Part shown: positions 12,470 to 24,997 of the stretch, one piece after another
Numbering within the stretch: position 1 is the stretch's first letter
Layout of the letters: every line of letters begins with the position of its first letter
Source: Macrostomum lignano
Lineage: Eukaryota
Length of the DNA stretch: 64,000 nt
Reading direction: 5' to 3'
Assembly (NCBI GenBank): GCA_002269645.1
Contig: NIVC01002468.1
Span: 107,450 to 171,449 of the forward strand
Made by a program: the position numbers and the translations under genes
Notes under the pieces: generated by a model
Told to the model about the DNA's origin: nothing
Database searches by the model: none
The model's input: only the letters and a program-made list of their open reading frames with translations

Positions 12470-13198
12470 TCTGGGTGTTGATAATCAACAACTTTGTCAC
12501 TCTATGTACGCATCACAACTCTGTGGGTGTTGATAATCAACAACTTTGTCACTCTATGTACGCATCACAACTCTGTGGGTGTTGATAATCAACAACTTTG
12601 TCACTCTATGTACGCATCACAACTCTGTGGGTGTTGATAATCAACAACTTTGTCACTCTATGTACGCATCACAACTCTGTGGGTGTTGATAATCAACTCT
12701 GTCACTCTATGTACATTCCAAAACTCTGTGGGTGTTGATAATCAACAACTTTGTCACTCTATGTACGCATCACAACTCTGTGGGTGTTGATAATCAACAA
12801 CTTTGTCACTCTATGTACGCATCACAACTCTGTGGGTGTTGATAATCAACAACTTTGTCACTCTATGTACGCATCACAACTCTGTGGGTGTTGATAATCA
12901 ACAACTTTGTCACTCTATGTACGCATCACAACTCTGTGGGTGTTGATAATCAACAACTTTGTCACTCTATGTACGCATCACAACTCTGTGGGTGTTGATA
13001 ATCAACAACTTTGTCACTCTATGTACGCATCACAACTCTGTGGGTGTTGATAATCAACTCTGTCACTCTATGTACATTCCAAAACTCTGTGGGTGTTGAT
13101 AATCAACTTAATTTGTCACTTAATGTACGCATCACAACTCTGGGTGTTGATAATCAACTCTGTCACTCTATGTATGCATCACAACTCTGTGGGTGTTG
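12470..13198 (+). repeat. 52-bp minisatellite, about 14 copies, with an internal palindrome GTTGATAATCAAC
   Basis: Unit ACTCTGTGGGTGTTGATAATCAACAACTTTGTCACTCTATGTACGCATCACA; unit starts at 12518 and 12570 give a 52-bp period. Confidence 0.95.
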
Positions 13199-13904
13199 AC
13201 TGTAAACTTGTTCACTCTGCGTTCATTGATCAAGTCTGTGGGTCTGTTATTTAACTTGGTCATTCTCTGTGCACTCAAGATAACGACAAGCAGAATGGAA
13301 AGTTAAAATCGATGAAAACTGCAGTAAAACAGGGTAATAATTAGGGCTTTAGGTGAGTAAGGTGAGTGAGATCGGATACTGCTCAAATTCTGGAGCTGAA
13401 ATCCCTATGCACTCTGTTTGTCAATGTTGAGTATACATGTATGGCTCTGCATCCTAAACCTTTCGCGAAGCCTAATCTTCTGGCTGTGCCGTAAGCTTAG
13501 AGTAGCTGCTGAGCAACTTGAAGAAACATCAATAGCTAGCCACTAAAAGGTGCCTGAGCACTTAATGCTAACTCACGCAGCTAAAAATGTTTCTATAGCG
13601 AAAGGTGATTGCTTCCTTTTTAGATTGGCCTCAGCTGTTTTCTGTTGAGTTAAAAATCATAGTAGGGCAACCGCATAGAAAGTCTTGCGCGCGCTTCAAT
13701 TTCGGTTCAACGAGGCGAAAACAGGAGCGAAAAGATAATTGCACGACTGAGTGAGCAGCTGCTCACAGCCTGGGGCTTTTTCTTAGGCGCATACGAGTGC
13801 TCTTAGCTGCCTTATATTTTCTTCAGTGGCTCGCGTATCTTTGCTGATACTTGTTCAATAAGCGATCGTTGAACTTACGAAGGGGACTGTCTGAAGTTCT
13901 AATA

Positions 13905-15140
13905 ACGCAAAGTTGAGCTCTAGTGACGCAAAGTTGAGCTCTAGTGATGCAAAGTTGAGCTCTAGTGACGCAAAGTTGATTTCTAGTGACGCAAAGTTGA
14001 GCTCTAGTGACGCAAAGTTGAGCTCTAGTGACGCAAAGTTGATTTCTAGTGACGCAAAGTTGAGCTCTAGTGACGCAAAGTTGAGCTCTAGTGACGCAAA
14101 GTTGAGCTCTAGTGACGCAAAGTTGAGCTCTACTGACGCAAAGTTGAGCTCTAGTGACGCAAAGTTGAGCTCTAGTGACGCAAAGTTGAGCTCTAGTGAC
14201 GCAAATTTGAGCTCTAGTGACGCAAAGTTGAGCTCTAGTGACGCAAAGTTGAGCTCTAGTGACGCAAAGTTGAGCTCTAGTGACGCAAAGTTGAGCTCTA
14301 GTGACGCAAAGTTGAGCTCTAGTGACGCTAAGTTGAGTTCTAGTGACGCAAAGTTGAGCTCTAGTGACGCTAAGTTGAGCTCTAGTGACGCTATGTTGAG
14401 TTCTAGTGACGCAAAGTTAAGCTCTAGTGACGTTATGTTGATTTCTAGTGACGCAAAGTTGAGCTCTAGTGACGCAAAGTTGAGCTCTAGTGACGCAAAG
14501 TTGAGCTCTAGTGACGCTAAGTTGATTTCTACTGACGCAAAGTTGAGCTCTAGTGACGCTATGTTGATTTCTAGTGACGCTAAGTTGAGCTCTAGTGACG
14601 CAAAGTTGAGCTCTACTGACGCAAAGTTGAGCTCTAGTGACGCTATGTTGATTTCTAGTGACGCTAAGTTGAGCTCTAGTGACGCAAAGTTGAGCTCTAC
14701 TGACGCAAAGTTGAGCTCTAGTGACGCAAAGTTGAGCTCTAGTGACGCAAAGTTGAGCTCTAGTGACGCAAAGTTGAGCTCTAGTGACGCAAAGTTGAGC
14801 TCTAGTGACGCAAAGTTGAGCTCTAGTGACGCAAAGTTGAGCTCTATAGACGCAAAGTTGAGCTCTAGTGACGCAAAGTTGAGCTCTATAGACGCAAAGT
14901 TGATTTCTAGTGACGCAAAATTAAGTTCTAGTTCTAGTGACGCTTAGTTGATTTTTAGTGACGCAAAGTTGAGTTCTTGTGACGCAAAATTAAGTTCTAG
15001 TTCTAGTGATGCTTAGTTGATTTTTAGTGACGCAAAGTTGATTTCTAGTGACGCTAAGTTGAGTTCTAGTGACACTTAGTTGATTTCTAGTGACGCTAGG
15101 TTGATGTTTAGCTAGTGACGCAAAGTTGATTTCTAATGAT
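13905..15140 (+). repeat. 21-bp minisatellite (GACGCAAAGTTGAGCTCTAGT), more than 50 copies
   Basis: Direct tandem units. The 344-aa SSSDAKL ORF is a by-product of the 21-bp period. Confidence 0.97.
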
Positions 15141-16347
15141 GCTAGGTTTTGATTTAATGGCGTTAACTGTAGTTGCTTTTTGAAGAATAGCTAGTTTCGA
15201 TCACTGTCGATAATCAGAGGAACAGAGGACGCAAGTAATTGCATGTAGCTAACTGCATTACGCTACACACGTACAAGTACACCCACTGACATGTACACAA
15301 CCCTGACTTTATCGTTAGGCAGTGTACAGTACCTACACATTCTGGGATATTTTCAGTAGTGGCGTCGCACAACAGGACAAGCGATTCTTATTTCCATTTA
15401 GGTAATGGTGATTCATACGTGCAGTATATTGTGAACATGTAACAACGTTATTCTTCTCGTCTTTCTCATAAGGAAATGTTTCTCTCATCTCCTCTTTCTC
15501 AAAGAGTAACTATGGAGCCGGGCATACACCAGAACTAGATAATTGAAGTGTCTCTCCTAGTGAAATCTCATTTATTCCTTTCATTAGGAGCTGGCAGAGG
15601 CAGACGCTATATACACGATCGAGCTTTGAAGCTGAGTTGCTGTGAGTTCGAATCAAACCGCTGGATGCTGGCAGTTTGCCGGGGGGGGGGGCAGGGAGTC
15701 AAGAAACAAGAACTTGCGCGGAGTTCTTATCCACAGGAGGGGCAGATAGGAGTGGAGTGGAAAAAGACGGGGATTTTCTATGGCTTCTGACTTTTTCAGA
15801 AGCCGATCAGAAGCTTTGGATCAGTTTGATTGGGGAATGGATTTGAAAAAATACTGCCCTGAAAAAGTACATGTTGTAGCAGGGATATGAGCGCGCGTAT
15901 GAGATGGGCTTTATACACAATGGCAAAAAATAAAACAAAAGTAAATGATAACATTGAAATTGAAGTTACAAAAATTAGGCGAATAATACAATACGATAAC
16001 GTACATTTCTTGAAAGTTCAACACTGCCTTCTAAACAAGAAGCACAATATGTGACACAATTATCAAAATCAGAAAAACACGATGGTACGTCTGATGATCA
16101 CGACGCCACTAAGCAAACTCGTACCGAAAGCACTTGCAATTGCAAATGCGAAAATTGCTCTATTATTGCCCGTTCTTACTATCAAATTCACATTCTTTTC
16201 TGTGTTAATTGCGGCTTACAATTTTTGCGACGTAATTTCTAAGCAATTGACTGGTAACACAATCGCAATTTGAATGCAAGTTTTTATGTTAAACATGGCG
16301 CGTTTAATTATTTATAATTGCAAACCGCATAAAGACGTCGCTTTTAC

Positions 16348-18118
16348 ACCAACGTAAAGTTAGCCGCATGCCCAGCCTCACATTTTTTAAAACAGCTTGG
16401 TCCACCCGTGGAAATGACTTAAATCAAAAGTTTTTCGCTAGACTAGCTTGGTCCAGAGGGTTTCAGACCTTCCCAAAGTAAAGCCTTGGTTCTAGACACA
16501 AAATAAAATTCATCAAAGCCGGAAAAATGCGGCTGGACCATGGGCTGGAATCCCGAGAGTGTAGGATACGCTGAAAGTCTGGTCCACTTGCGGAATCTCG
16601 ATTTCCTATCTATTTTGCATATTTTGGTACACGTTTGAGGCAAATCGGTTGGATAACAAAAATTCTACAGGCCTCCAAAGTTCGGAATTCTAACAAATTG
16701 GAACATTTCCCTTTCTGTGGCTTACGGAGGGTTACAAAATCTTGGTCCACAAAAGGAATATGAAACTACTACATCTGTTCTTTGATTTGACATAAGAAAT
16801 GACCGTCTACACTCCTGTATTGCTGAGATATAGCCGCATGAACAATGTACCGTCAGTTGAGCACATTGTAAAAAATAATCGTAAACGCATTAAACGCATT
16901 AAAACGCATTTTCGTGCGCGAAAAAAGAAAAAAAATTTAATAAAGCATGCGCCATTTTGATTGCTTAAATTAATTTCGAATGCCATTGGCATTTCAAATA
17001 CCAATATATCAAAAACGGTTTGTCTTTACTGTTATTTTTCATATTTAGTCCAAATTTATAAAATAGATGTAGCTATACCAAATGGAAGAAAAATACAATA
17101 CCAAAATACCAAGCTTTGTAGTAAGCATTAGACAGTAAGTTTAGTTTAAAAGCTATAGTGTAGCCAGTGGAAAAAAGCACAAGCCCATTGTGCCTGTGTT
17201 TATAGGACTCTAAGTAGGCTAGTTTATTAAATATTTCTGACAGGGCTCTAGAGACATTTGTTTACTGTGGCAGTGTGAAAATATTTATAAAGCAAGATAT
17301 AGAAAGAAATACAAAATGTCTAATGGAACCAATAGACATTACAAACTAATTGTTTTATTATGGCTTTATTACTTTGAGTTTGAGTAGCCTATATTCATAA
17401 GAAATTATTATTGGGATTTTTATACCCTCCTACACTTACTTTCTTAAAAGACAATATTTGGAATAAAATCTAATTAATTTATTATATAGAAATTAATTTA
17501 AGCAATCAAAATGGCGCATGCTTTATTAAATTTTTTTTCTTTTTTCGCGCACGAAAATGCGTTTTAATGCGTTTAATGCGTTTACGATTATTTTTTACAA
17601 TGTGCTCAACTGACGGTACATTGTTCATGCGGCTATATCTCAGCAATACAGGAGTGTAGACGGTCATTTCTTATGTCAAATCAAAGAACAGATGTAGTAG
17701 TTTCATATTCCTTTTGTGGACCAAGATTTTGTAACCCTCCGTAAGCCACAGAAAGGGAAATGTTCCAATTTGTTAGAATTCCGAACTTTGGAGGCCTGTA
17801 GAATTTTTGTTATCCAACCGATTTGCCTCAAACGTGTACCAAAATATGCAAAATAGATAGGAAATCGAGATTCCGCAAGTGGACCAGACTTTCAGCGTAT
17901 CCTACACTCTCGGGATTCCAGCCCATGGTCCAGCCGCATTTTTCCGGCTTTGATGAATTTTATTTTGTGTCTAGAACCAAGGCTTTACTTTGGGAAGGTC
18001 TGAAACCCTCTGGACCAAGCTAGTCTAGCGAAAAACTTTTGATTTAAGTCATTTCCACGGGTGGACCAAGCTGTTTTAAAAAATGTGAGGCTGGGCATGC
18101 GGCTAACTTTACGTTGGT
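16348..18118. mobile_element. Non-autonomous foldback / long-TIR DNA transposon (630-bp inverted arms, 511-bp AT-rich spacer, 8-bp TSD)
   Basis: 16348-16977 is the reverse complement of 17489-18118; the identical 66-aa ORFs at 16443-16643 (-) and 17823-18023 (+) are mirror images. GCTTTTAC is directly repeated at 16340-16347 and 18119-18126. No transposase is present. Confidence 0.9.
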
Positions 18119-18243
18119 GCTTTTACGAGCTATTTTAAGCCTCGGATGTCGATCAATTAATTTTAATTGCAATTTGCTCATTGAAACATCAAACAACTCA
18201 AACATACGCTCGTATAGCCAGTCGCGATCGTACCACAAAAATA

Positions 18244-18657
18244 GGTGACCGGACATTTCGTCAACCGGCATTTCGTCAACCAGACATTACGGCAACTCAG
18301 CAAATTGTAGCTGATTATTATATCTGCACCAGCCAGAGAATATGAGAAGTGGTAATGCGATTTCAAATTTGTTTAAAACTTCTTGGAAGTAAATTTTCGT
18401 AGAAACGTTCGGTCCTCAATGGTGTCGCAATACTCGCACCATGGTACATGAACACCATGCACATGGTTTCAATATTTTCTATGATAACATTTAAAAACTT
18501 AAACTTAAATATGTTAACGTTAACGGCTAACATGACGGACGAACTAATTTTGGCTTGAACCAAATTTCCGGTTGCCGTAGCTAATGTCTGGTTGACAAAA
18601 TACCAGTTGACGAAATGCCGGTTGACGAAATTCCGGTTGACGAAATGTCCTGGAACC
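18244..18657. mobile_element. MITE-like element with imperfect TIRs built from (C/G)ATTTCGTCAACCG subrepeats
   Basis: The left end GGTGACCGGACATTTCGTCAACCGGCATTTCGTCAACCAGACATTA matches the reverse complement of the right end ...GTTGACGAAATGTCCTGGAACC. No clean TSD found. Confidence 0.65.
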
Positions 18658-19119
18658 GAAAAAAAATTCATGAAATTGAACCGCGGATCAGTGCTACAGT
18701 AAAACAACTACAACTGTCAATGGTCAAAGAAGTAGTAGAAGCATCGCATTTCCAATTTTCTAGATTTTCATGTTTACGATAAGAAAGCTAGTATTCTAAA
18801 TTAAGTAAGGCAAAACTAGCTCAAAAAATGGAATATTTGGAAATATTATGGTGTGCAAAGACCTTTTGCTTTCGGCTTTAGTCGGAATTTTTCGTATCAA
18901 TTTACTAAAATGGTTTTTTATCTTCTGTTGATTAAATACTGCAATATATTACAATTTTGATACAGTTGGTATAAACTAAGGCGATTAAATCTCGTTATAA
19001 AATAGGCTCTGAACGGAAAACTGGTCGTGTCGCATCCCGCTATACATCCGGTCGAAATACAAAAGTTGATCAATTTATATATAACAACAACAACAGCAAA
19101 ATACGCTACTCCGCATGCA

Positions 19120-20045
19120 AAGTCACAGTTAAAGCAGAGCGCGTCAGATGGCGCGCCGCAGAGCCTGAGAGTGGACGAAGTCCGCCCCGTTGGCAGTGTC
19201 GGGCGCCCCAGCGTCGCACAGCAGGCAGTCCACGTATCGACGGGCTTGAGCCTGAGCCCGCCTGAACGGACACTGCAAGGTGAGCAGCAGGACGTCCTGG
19301 ACAGGTTGGGGGCAGTAGCCCTCGGCTCAGATCACGTGGCCCGCCAGTTGAAGTCACCGACGGCGCAGGATGGTGAACGCGCGCTGCAGCTTGGCCCGAT
19401 CGTACAGGGCCTCGGTCCCGACGCTCTCGTCAGCTCGAAAGGCCGCACGGAGCAGCCCTGAGTGCGCCGAGTCCAGCTGCGGCTCTAGCGTAACCGTCAG
19501 CGTCCACATCTCGGCGTTGTAGAGCAGGACGGTTTCGACCACCGCCTGCCACAGCCGAGTTCTCTGGCGGTCGGGCAGCGCTTCGGACTGGACGACGGCC
19601 CGGGAACGGAAGGCCGCCCAGGCAAGTCCTCTGCGCCGCCGGAGGTCTTCCTCCACGTGAGGCACCAGACCGCCGAGGTAGGTGAACCGCTGGCAGCGTG
19701 CGAGCCTGGTCGTCTGCACGTCTGCGCCGCGGCACGTCAGGTTCGCTAGGATGTCGGCCGGCACAGTCAGCACCTCGGTCTTCAGCGTGTTGACGATCAG
19801 ACCGACGCTCGATGCCAGCTTGACCAGCCTGTCGATCTGGCGCTGGGCGCCTTCAGCGGACGAGGACAGGAGGGCGAGGTCGTCGGCGTAGCCAAGCACG
19901 CTTAGGTGCTTTTGGCCGTGGCGGCGACCGATGCGCCTGAGCAGCAGGAAGCCATCGTTAGCCAGCGTGTCGCCCTGCAGAAGTCCTGATAGAGTGTCGA
20001 ACAGTTCAGACAGGCCGTCCGCCGTCACCACAGCAGCTCGAGTGC
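19120..20045 (-). mobile_element. RTE-type non-LTR retrotransposon fragment (RT core plus C-terminal region, internal deletion)
   Basis: ORF 19354-20085 has GLLQGDTLA and GYADDLALL RT motifs, then FTYLGG and VETVLLYNAEMWTL. The segment PFLFVLVLDWVL seen in the 26686 copy is deleted. Confidence 0.9.
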
Positions 20046-21255
20046 ACTTTATATATTGCAATTTATGTATACTTTTATATTGCATTGTGCATTCAAATTG
20101 GACTTTAAAATGTTGCAGTTAAGTGATTTTAAACAACATACGCAATTTAGCAACTAGAAGAACACAATTAAGCGGTCATCTAAGGATTTACATGTGAGAT
20201 TCAACCATGAAAAACTAGCTACTCCACTCGTATATATAGAAAGTAAAAGATTTTCCAGTACCAAACTTCAAATGGCCTAAGCTATTCTAGGGGTTTTTCA
20301 GCCTTGGCTAACTCCTGTTTACCTCCGAGAGCTAGGAGAGAATGTCGTGACTTGAAAAAACATTCCTTTGAAGTGTCACAGAGTGCTGTTAAACCACAAA
20401 AAGCTACTTAGAATGGCTACAGAGATTTATATTCTAATGCCGCGTTTGTTGCCCGATTTTCTAAAGCTCTCCAGCGTGCCATGCTGCTACAGTTATAGCA
20501 AAAGTCCTCAATGGAAAGTAAATGCATTGTGTTGGAAAATACTAATTGAAGCATGTGGATTGAATTGCTACTTATAGTAGTAAATATGCTTGAAGGGGCT
20601 TTTATTCTTCCTGATTTCAACACACCAATCAGAGGGTCAATTTCAAAAGACCGAAATTTCATAAGACCGGCATTTCGCATCGTAGAAAACTTAAAATAAC
20701 AAGGACCATGCAGAATTTTCGGCATTGTGAAACTTCTGTCTTATGAACCCCCCCCCCCAATCAGTATTCTGATGTCTGTTAAAAAGTGTCAAGTTTGCTC
20801 GATCATTAGTTTCCACCATATCGATAATATCGTTTCCTTCATCCATGGATTGTTCCATTATAGAGATCTGACCAGTGCTCATGTAGATGCACAATTCAGA
20901 TAAAAGTGTACAGACTATTGCAATTAAAAGAATATTCTCGAAATTTCTAGTCTACCGAATAGTAGAAGACCGAATTGTATCTTTAAGCAATTTGTGCACA
21001 AAAGGGAAGTTCAGTTTTTGCTTGTACACGAGTTAAGTATAGCTACCGTACATACGTAAGAAAAAAACACGAGCTCGCTCTGGTGTTATAAATTTAACTG
21101 CAGTGCAGATAATGTCCACTGTGTAGCCACGCAATAAGCTGAAGTGTTTCCATTTTCATCATTTCTTACACTAGATAAAGCAAAGAAACTACTCAAGTGC
21201 CTCACTCTACATCATTCCTTTAGTGTCTACAAAGTTCACTCTGAAGCGCTGAAGC

Positions 21256-21889
21256 ATGGACTTCATCTCAACAACAGCAAAGTTCGTAGCCAAGCCAGCG
21301 GCGATTATTGGCGCAGGACTTGTTGGCGGCCCAGGGGCGGCAGCCGCTGTGTCTGCTGCGTTCACTAGATAACATTGTAGACGAGAATTACACCGGAGCT
21401 GCTCTCGACACGGCTCTTCTGGCACTCGACGTTGCTTCAATAGCGACTCCTCTGACATCTACTACGAGAACTACCTTAACTACCAAGAGCTCAAAGACAC
21501 TGGTGGGCTCTGCAGCAAAGCAAGGAGCAGCCAAGACAGGAAAAGAAGTTGCAAAGTCCGGAGTAACTCATGGTCTAACGTGTACTGGAAACGTCACGCG
21601 CACTACGGTCAATGCAGGTGTGAAAGGTGCTGCAACCAAAAAGTGCGTAGAGACGTTCGGGAAAAACGCAGTTTACGAGGCCTGCACGAGTGAAGTAAAA
21701 ACGAAAGTCGAGAAGAAGCTGGTGGAAGAGGGCGGAAAAGTCCTGGTTGAAAAAACTGTGAAGACTATTACTACTACGACGACAAAAGCCACGCCTGAAG
21801 CCATTAAAATCGGCAAAGAGGTCTTCGGCTACGCTAAAACAGCTGAATTTGGTGTGAAAAACAAAGAACAAATTAAGCTCTTGCACTAA
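21256..21889 (+). CDS. Gly/Ala-rich then Lys/Thr-rich protein of unknown function with one frameshift near 21360 (pseudogene or assembly indel)
   Basis: ATG 21256 reads MDFISTTAKFVAKPAAIIGAGLVGGPGAAAAVSAA. Removing one T from GCGTTCA joins it to the 193-codon frame SLDNIVDENYTGAALDTALLALDVASI...KEQIKLLH. A possible further exon follows TTCTAACAG at about 21930. Confidence 0.55.
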
Positions 21890-22538
21890 AGCTGTCAAGA
21901 AAAAATTAATTGATTAATTAATTCTAACAGGTCCGGACGGCGTCGGAAATTTCGAGAAACAGAAGGTTTACTTTCAAAATTTAACAAACAAAAAACAGTT
22001 TATCACCTTTACGCACTATCCTAGACTTTACAGTATAGTTTTTACCCTTCGAATATGTTTGTTTTCAAATACCAAGGACTGATCAAGACAGAACCGATCA
22101 AGCTAAATTTATGCATTCAAGCAACATTTTAGGCTTCATTTCAGAAGCCATAATAGTTCTTTAGTAATAGTTTTGTATTGCGAATTGCATATGCAGATAG
22201 CATTTTAGATAGATGCAAACCATTTTTTAGTATAATTGACGTTATAGCAAGCATTATCGTTTAGAAATCCAAGTTTAGCGCATTCTTGTTGAATTCTTAT
22301 TTTTGAGATTGTAAAGGTCATTTTGACAACCAAGTTTAGCGTCTCTGATGAGAGTCTATAATGGTGTAGTTTGTGAGGCTCAGTTTGACCAAAACATCGA
22401 AATAAACTCGTAAACTTGTAAATACGAAGTGTGCGCTTCTATTCAATATGTTGAATAATTTTTTTTTGAAACTGAAAGAGACGCCAACAGATACGGCTAT
22501 TTTAAAGTTCATTAACACCAATCTTGGATCCGGGCGCA

Positions 22539-24997
22539 TCACAGAAGTGGAACTCCTCGCAGCAGCATCTCGCGACACGAATCTAGCAGAGGCAGCGCTT
22601 CAGCGGGCACTTCGGCCAGCAGCACTCGACCTCCTGTACCTGCGGACGCGATGGCCATCACTGAACCAGTTAAACCCGGGGATGCCTTCTCTGGTCTGAA
22701 GGCCGTCAGAGCGCCGATGTGGCCGCCGCGACCAACTCTGCCGATCTCGCGGCCTCGTTCGTCGACTGCAGCCAGCCAGCCGTCATCGAGGACGAACGTC
22801 AACAACCTCAGCGCCATCGACTGTCGATGTCCGAGTGGCTTCGTGCGCACAGCGTCGGCCAGTTCGCCGAGCTGCTCGGACTGCAGGCCGGCCAGGGCTG
22901 GCGACGTGGACAGGGCTTCGACAAGGCGGCTACGACGTCTCTGCAGCCCCGGCAGGACAATGGTGCGAAACGTGCGCCGGTCCAGAGTCCACAACGAGCC
23001 CGGCGTGATGGCTTTCACGCTGACCAGACTCGCTGGACCGTCGACTATGGCGATGCTGGATGCTGAGGGCAGCAGGGCGGACTCCCCGAAGCTGCCGGAG
23101 TCGCGGTAGCGGTGCACCAGTCGCACGGAGCCGTCGATGGTGGTCACCTCGGCGGTCGTCTGGAAGCTGCCGTCTCGAATGAGCAGAAATTGGTCGCCGG
23201 CCTCGCCGCGGCCGAGCACAGTCTCGTCTGCGGGTTTTGGACAAGGGCAAGGACTACTGCTAAATAGAAGACCCGGGATTGGTGTTGCTGAACATCTAAC
23301 TGTGCAAGGACTTCTAATATAACAAGTGGAATTTCTATGCTACGAACTCATCAGAGGTGCTCTTTTAAGACCTGGGGGTAATCTCTCCAGATCTTGGTCT
23401 CCTATTCAGGTCAGGTACCCGTGGTTTTCTCAGTTGATTGGTAGTCTCTTCAGGTATTGGGGTAATCTCTTTAGTTAGAGGGTAGGAGGGTAATCTCTTC
23501 AGGTCAGATGGTAATCTCTTCAGATCGGAGGGTAATCTCTTCAGATCGGAGGGTAATCTCTTCAGATCGGAGGGTAATCTCTTCAGATCGGAGGGTAATC
23601 TCTTCAGGTCGGAGGGTAATCTCTTCAGGCCGGAGGGTAATCTCTTTAGGTCGGAGGGTAATCTCTTCAGATTGGAGGGTAATCTCTTCAGGTCGGAGGG
23701 TAATCTCTTCAGGTTGGAGGGTAATCTCTTCAGATTGGAGGGTAATCTCTTCAGGTCGGAGGGTAATCTCTTCAGGTCGGAGGGTAATCTCTTCAGGTTG
23801 GAGGGTAATCTCTTCAGATTGGAGGGCAATCTCTTCTCCCCCAAAACAGCCACATTAACGTTCTACATCATCCACAACAAAAATACAGCGATTTTAGTTT
23901 AAAACTCGAATTGGAACTGTGAATTTTATTTGTTTTAATTAGCCCATAAAAGCATATTTGAAGGTTAAATATCAAACCGATGAAAATTTAATTCGAAAAA
24001 GTTCAACGTGAAATTTTAACTGTCCAAATTTAAGGTGATCTGAGATTTTCAGCGCTATAGGCTACACTATTGTAAAACTGGGTACAAACCTGAGGCAGTT
24101 GATAAAGTCTAGAAATTGAATTTCGAAATCCTGATTTGTCACAATAGTTTCAATAGAGACTTTTTATATTTCTACATTTGTCTCAGTCTTAAAAAATACG
24201 TTTAATAAATCGAAAAAGCAACAAGAACAATAGCCATTGTACTGTTCAGGATATAAGTAAACTAAAATCTGCATGCATATAGATTAACAAATGTATCAAT
24301 CGAAACAGTACTCACTAGGCTGTACCAGCCTGACTCGCATTGAGTTAGCCAGCTGGTTGAGCAATGTGTCATCCAGTTCTTGAAGGCGATGTACACCGCG
24401 AAGTGCGGCCAGCAGTTGACGGTGTTCCTTTGGAGACAACTGAGATTTTTTCTGAGTATTTCAATGCAGATATAAGGCTCGTAAGCTTGGTGTGTTTATT
24501 TCTATAAGCTCGAACAGTGGCTGTACTATCTGGGGCCACCTTGGCTTAACTTGTGGTAAAATGATTAACTAATCTATGATATTAATCTGTGATAGAGTGA
24601 CTGTTTATTGATGGATGGACTGACTGTTTATTGATGGATGGAGTGGCTGTTTATTGATGGATGGAGTGGCTGTTTATTGATGGATGGAGTGGCTGTTTAT
24701 TGATGGATGGAGTGACTGACTGGTTGATAACGGATTAGGTTAATGTTCACACAACCAAAAGACCTGCTTATCATCAAATATCAATAGCGTATTGTGAAAA
24801 AACCTTGCATAATAACCACTAGTTATTGAGGCTAAATGCATTCTCACCGTCTCATCTTGACCCGAGCCAGGCCGATTTAACAGGCCAAGAAACTCGACAA
24901 CGGAATCTCCAACATCCGCAACGCTGCGCCGTAGTGTGCAGGCCAGGTGAGTGGCCTGACCTGTCGACGGCAGCTGAAATTGGAACGCCATATCGGT
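22539..24997 (-). CDS. Diverged tandem cyclic-nucleotide-binding domain protein, PKA regulatory subunit / PKG-like (paralog A); exons 24997-24848, 24439-24316, 23227-22539
   Basis: The spliced reading ...QDET|LSPKEHRQLLAALRGVHRLQELDDTLLNQLANSMRVRLVQP-N|ETVLGRGEAGDQFLLIRDG...GSFGESALL...GSLWTLDRRTFRTIV follows the PKA-R CNB-A pattern. All donors (GTGAGA, GTGAGT) and acceptors are phase compatible. About 318 aa from ATG 24991; further 5' exons are possible. Confidence 0.75.
23410..23840 (+). repeat. 21-bp minisatellite (GGAGGGTAATCTCTTCAGATC) inside an intron of CNB paralog A
   Basis: About 17 tandem units; source of the KRLPSDL / RRVISSD ORFs. Confidence 0.95.
24595..24725 (+). repeat. Short 21-bp tandem repeat (GGCTGTTTATTGATGGATGGA-like), about 5-6 copies, intronic
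   Basis: Direct reading of the units. Confidence 0.85.

Noticed and set aside
12470-13198. CRISPR-like appearance (palindromic repeats at regular spacing); also considered for 36903-37450
   Set aside because: The sequence between palindromes is repeated, not unique spacer. There are no cas genes and the context is eukaryotic.
13913-14947. 344-aa (SSSDAKL)n ORF resembling a Ser-rich adhesive or biomineral protein
   Set aside because: It starts at TTG inside a 21-bp array, the array continues past the stop with the same units, and there is no signal peptide or exon junction. Exonic use cannot be fully excluded without RNA data.
24890-24945. RRSV as a PKA inhibitory site in CNB paralog A
   Set aside because: The spacing (R-R-S-V) does not fit the R-R-x-S/A-hydrophobic consensus, so it was not used as evidence.
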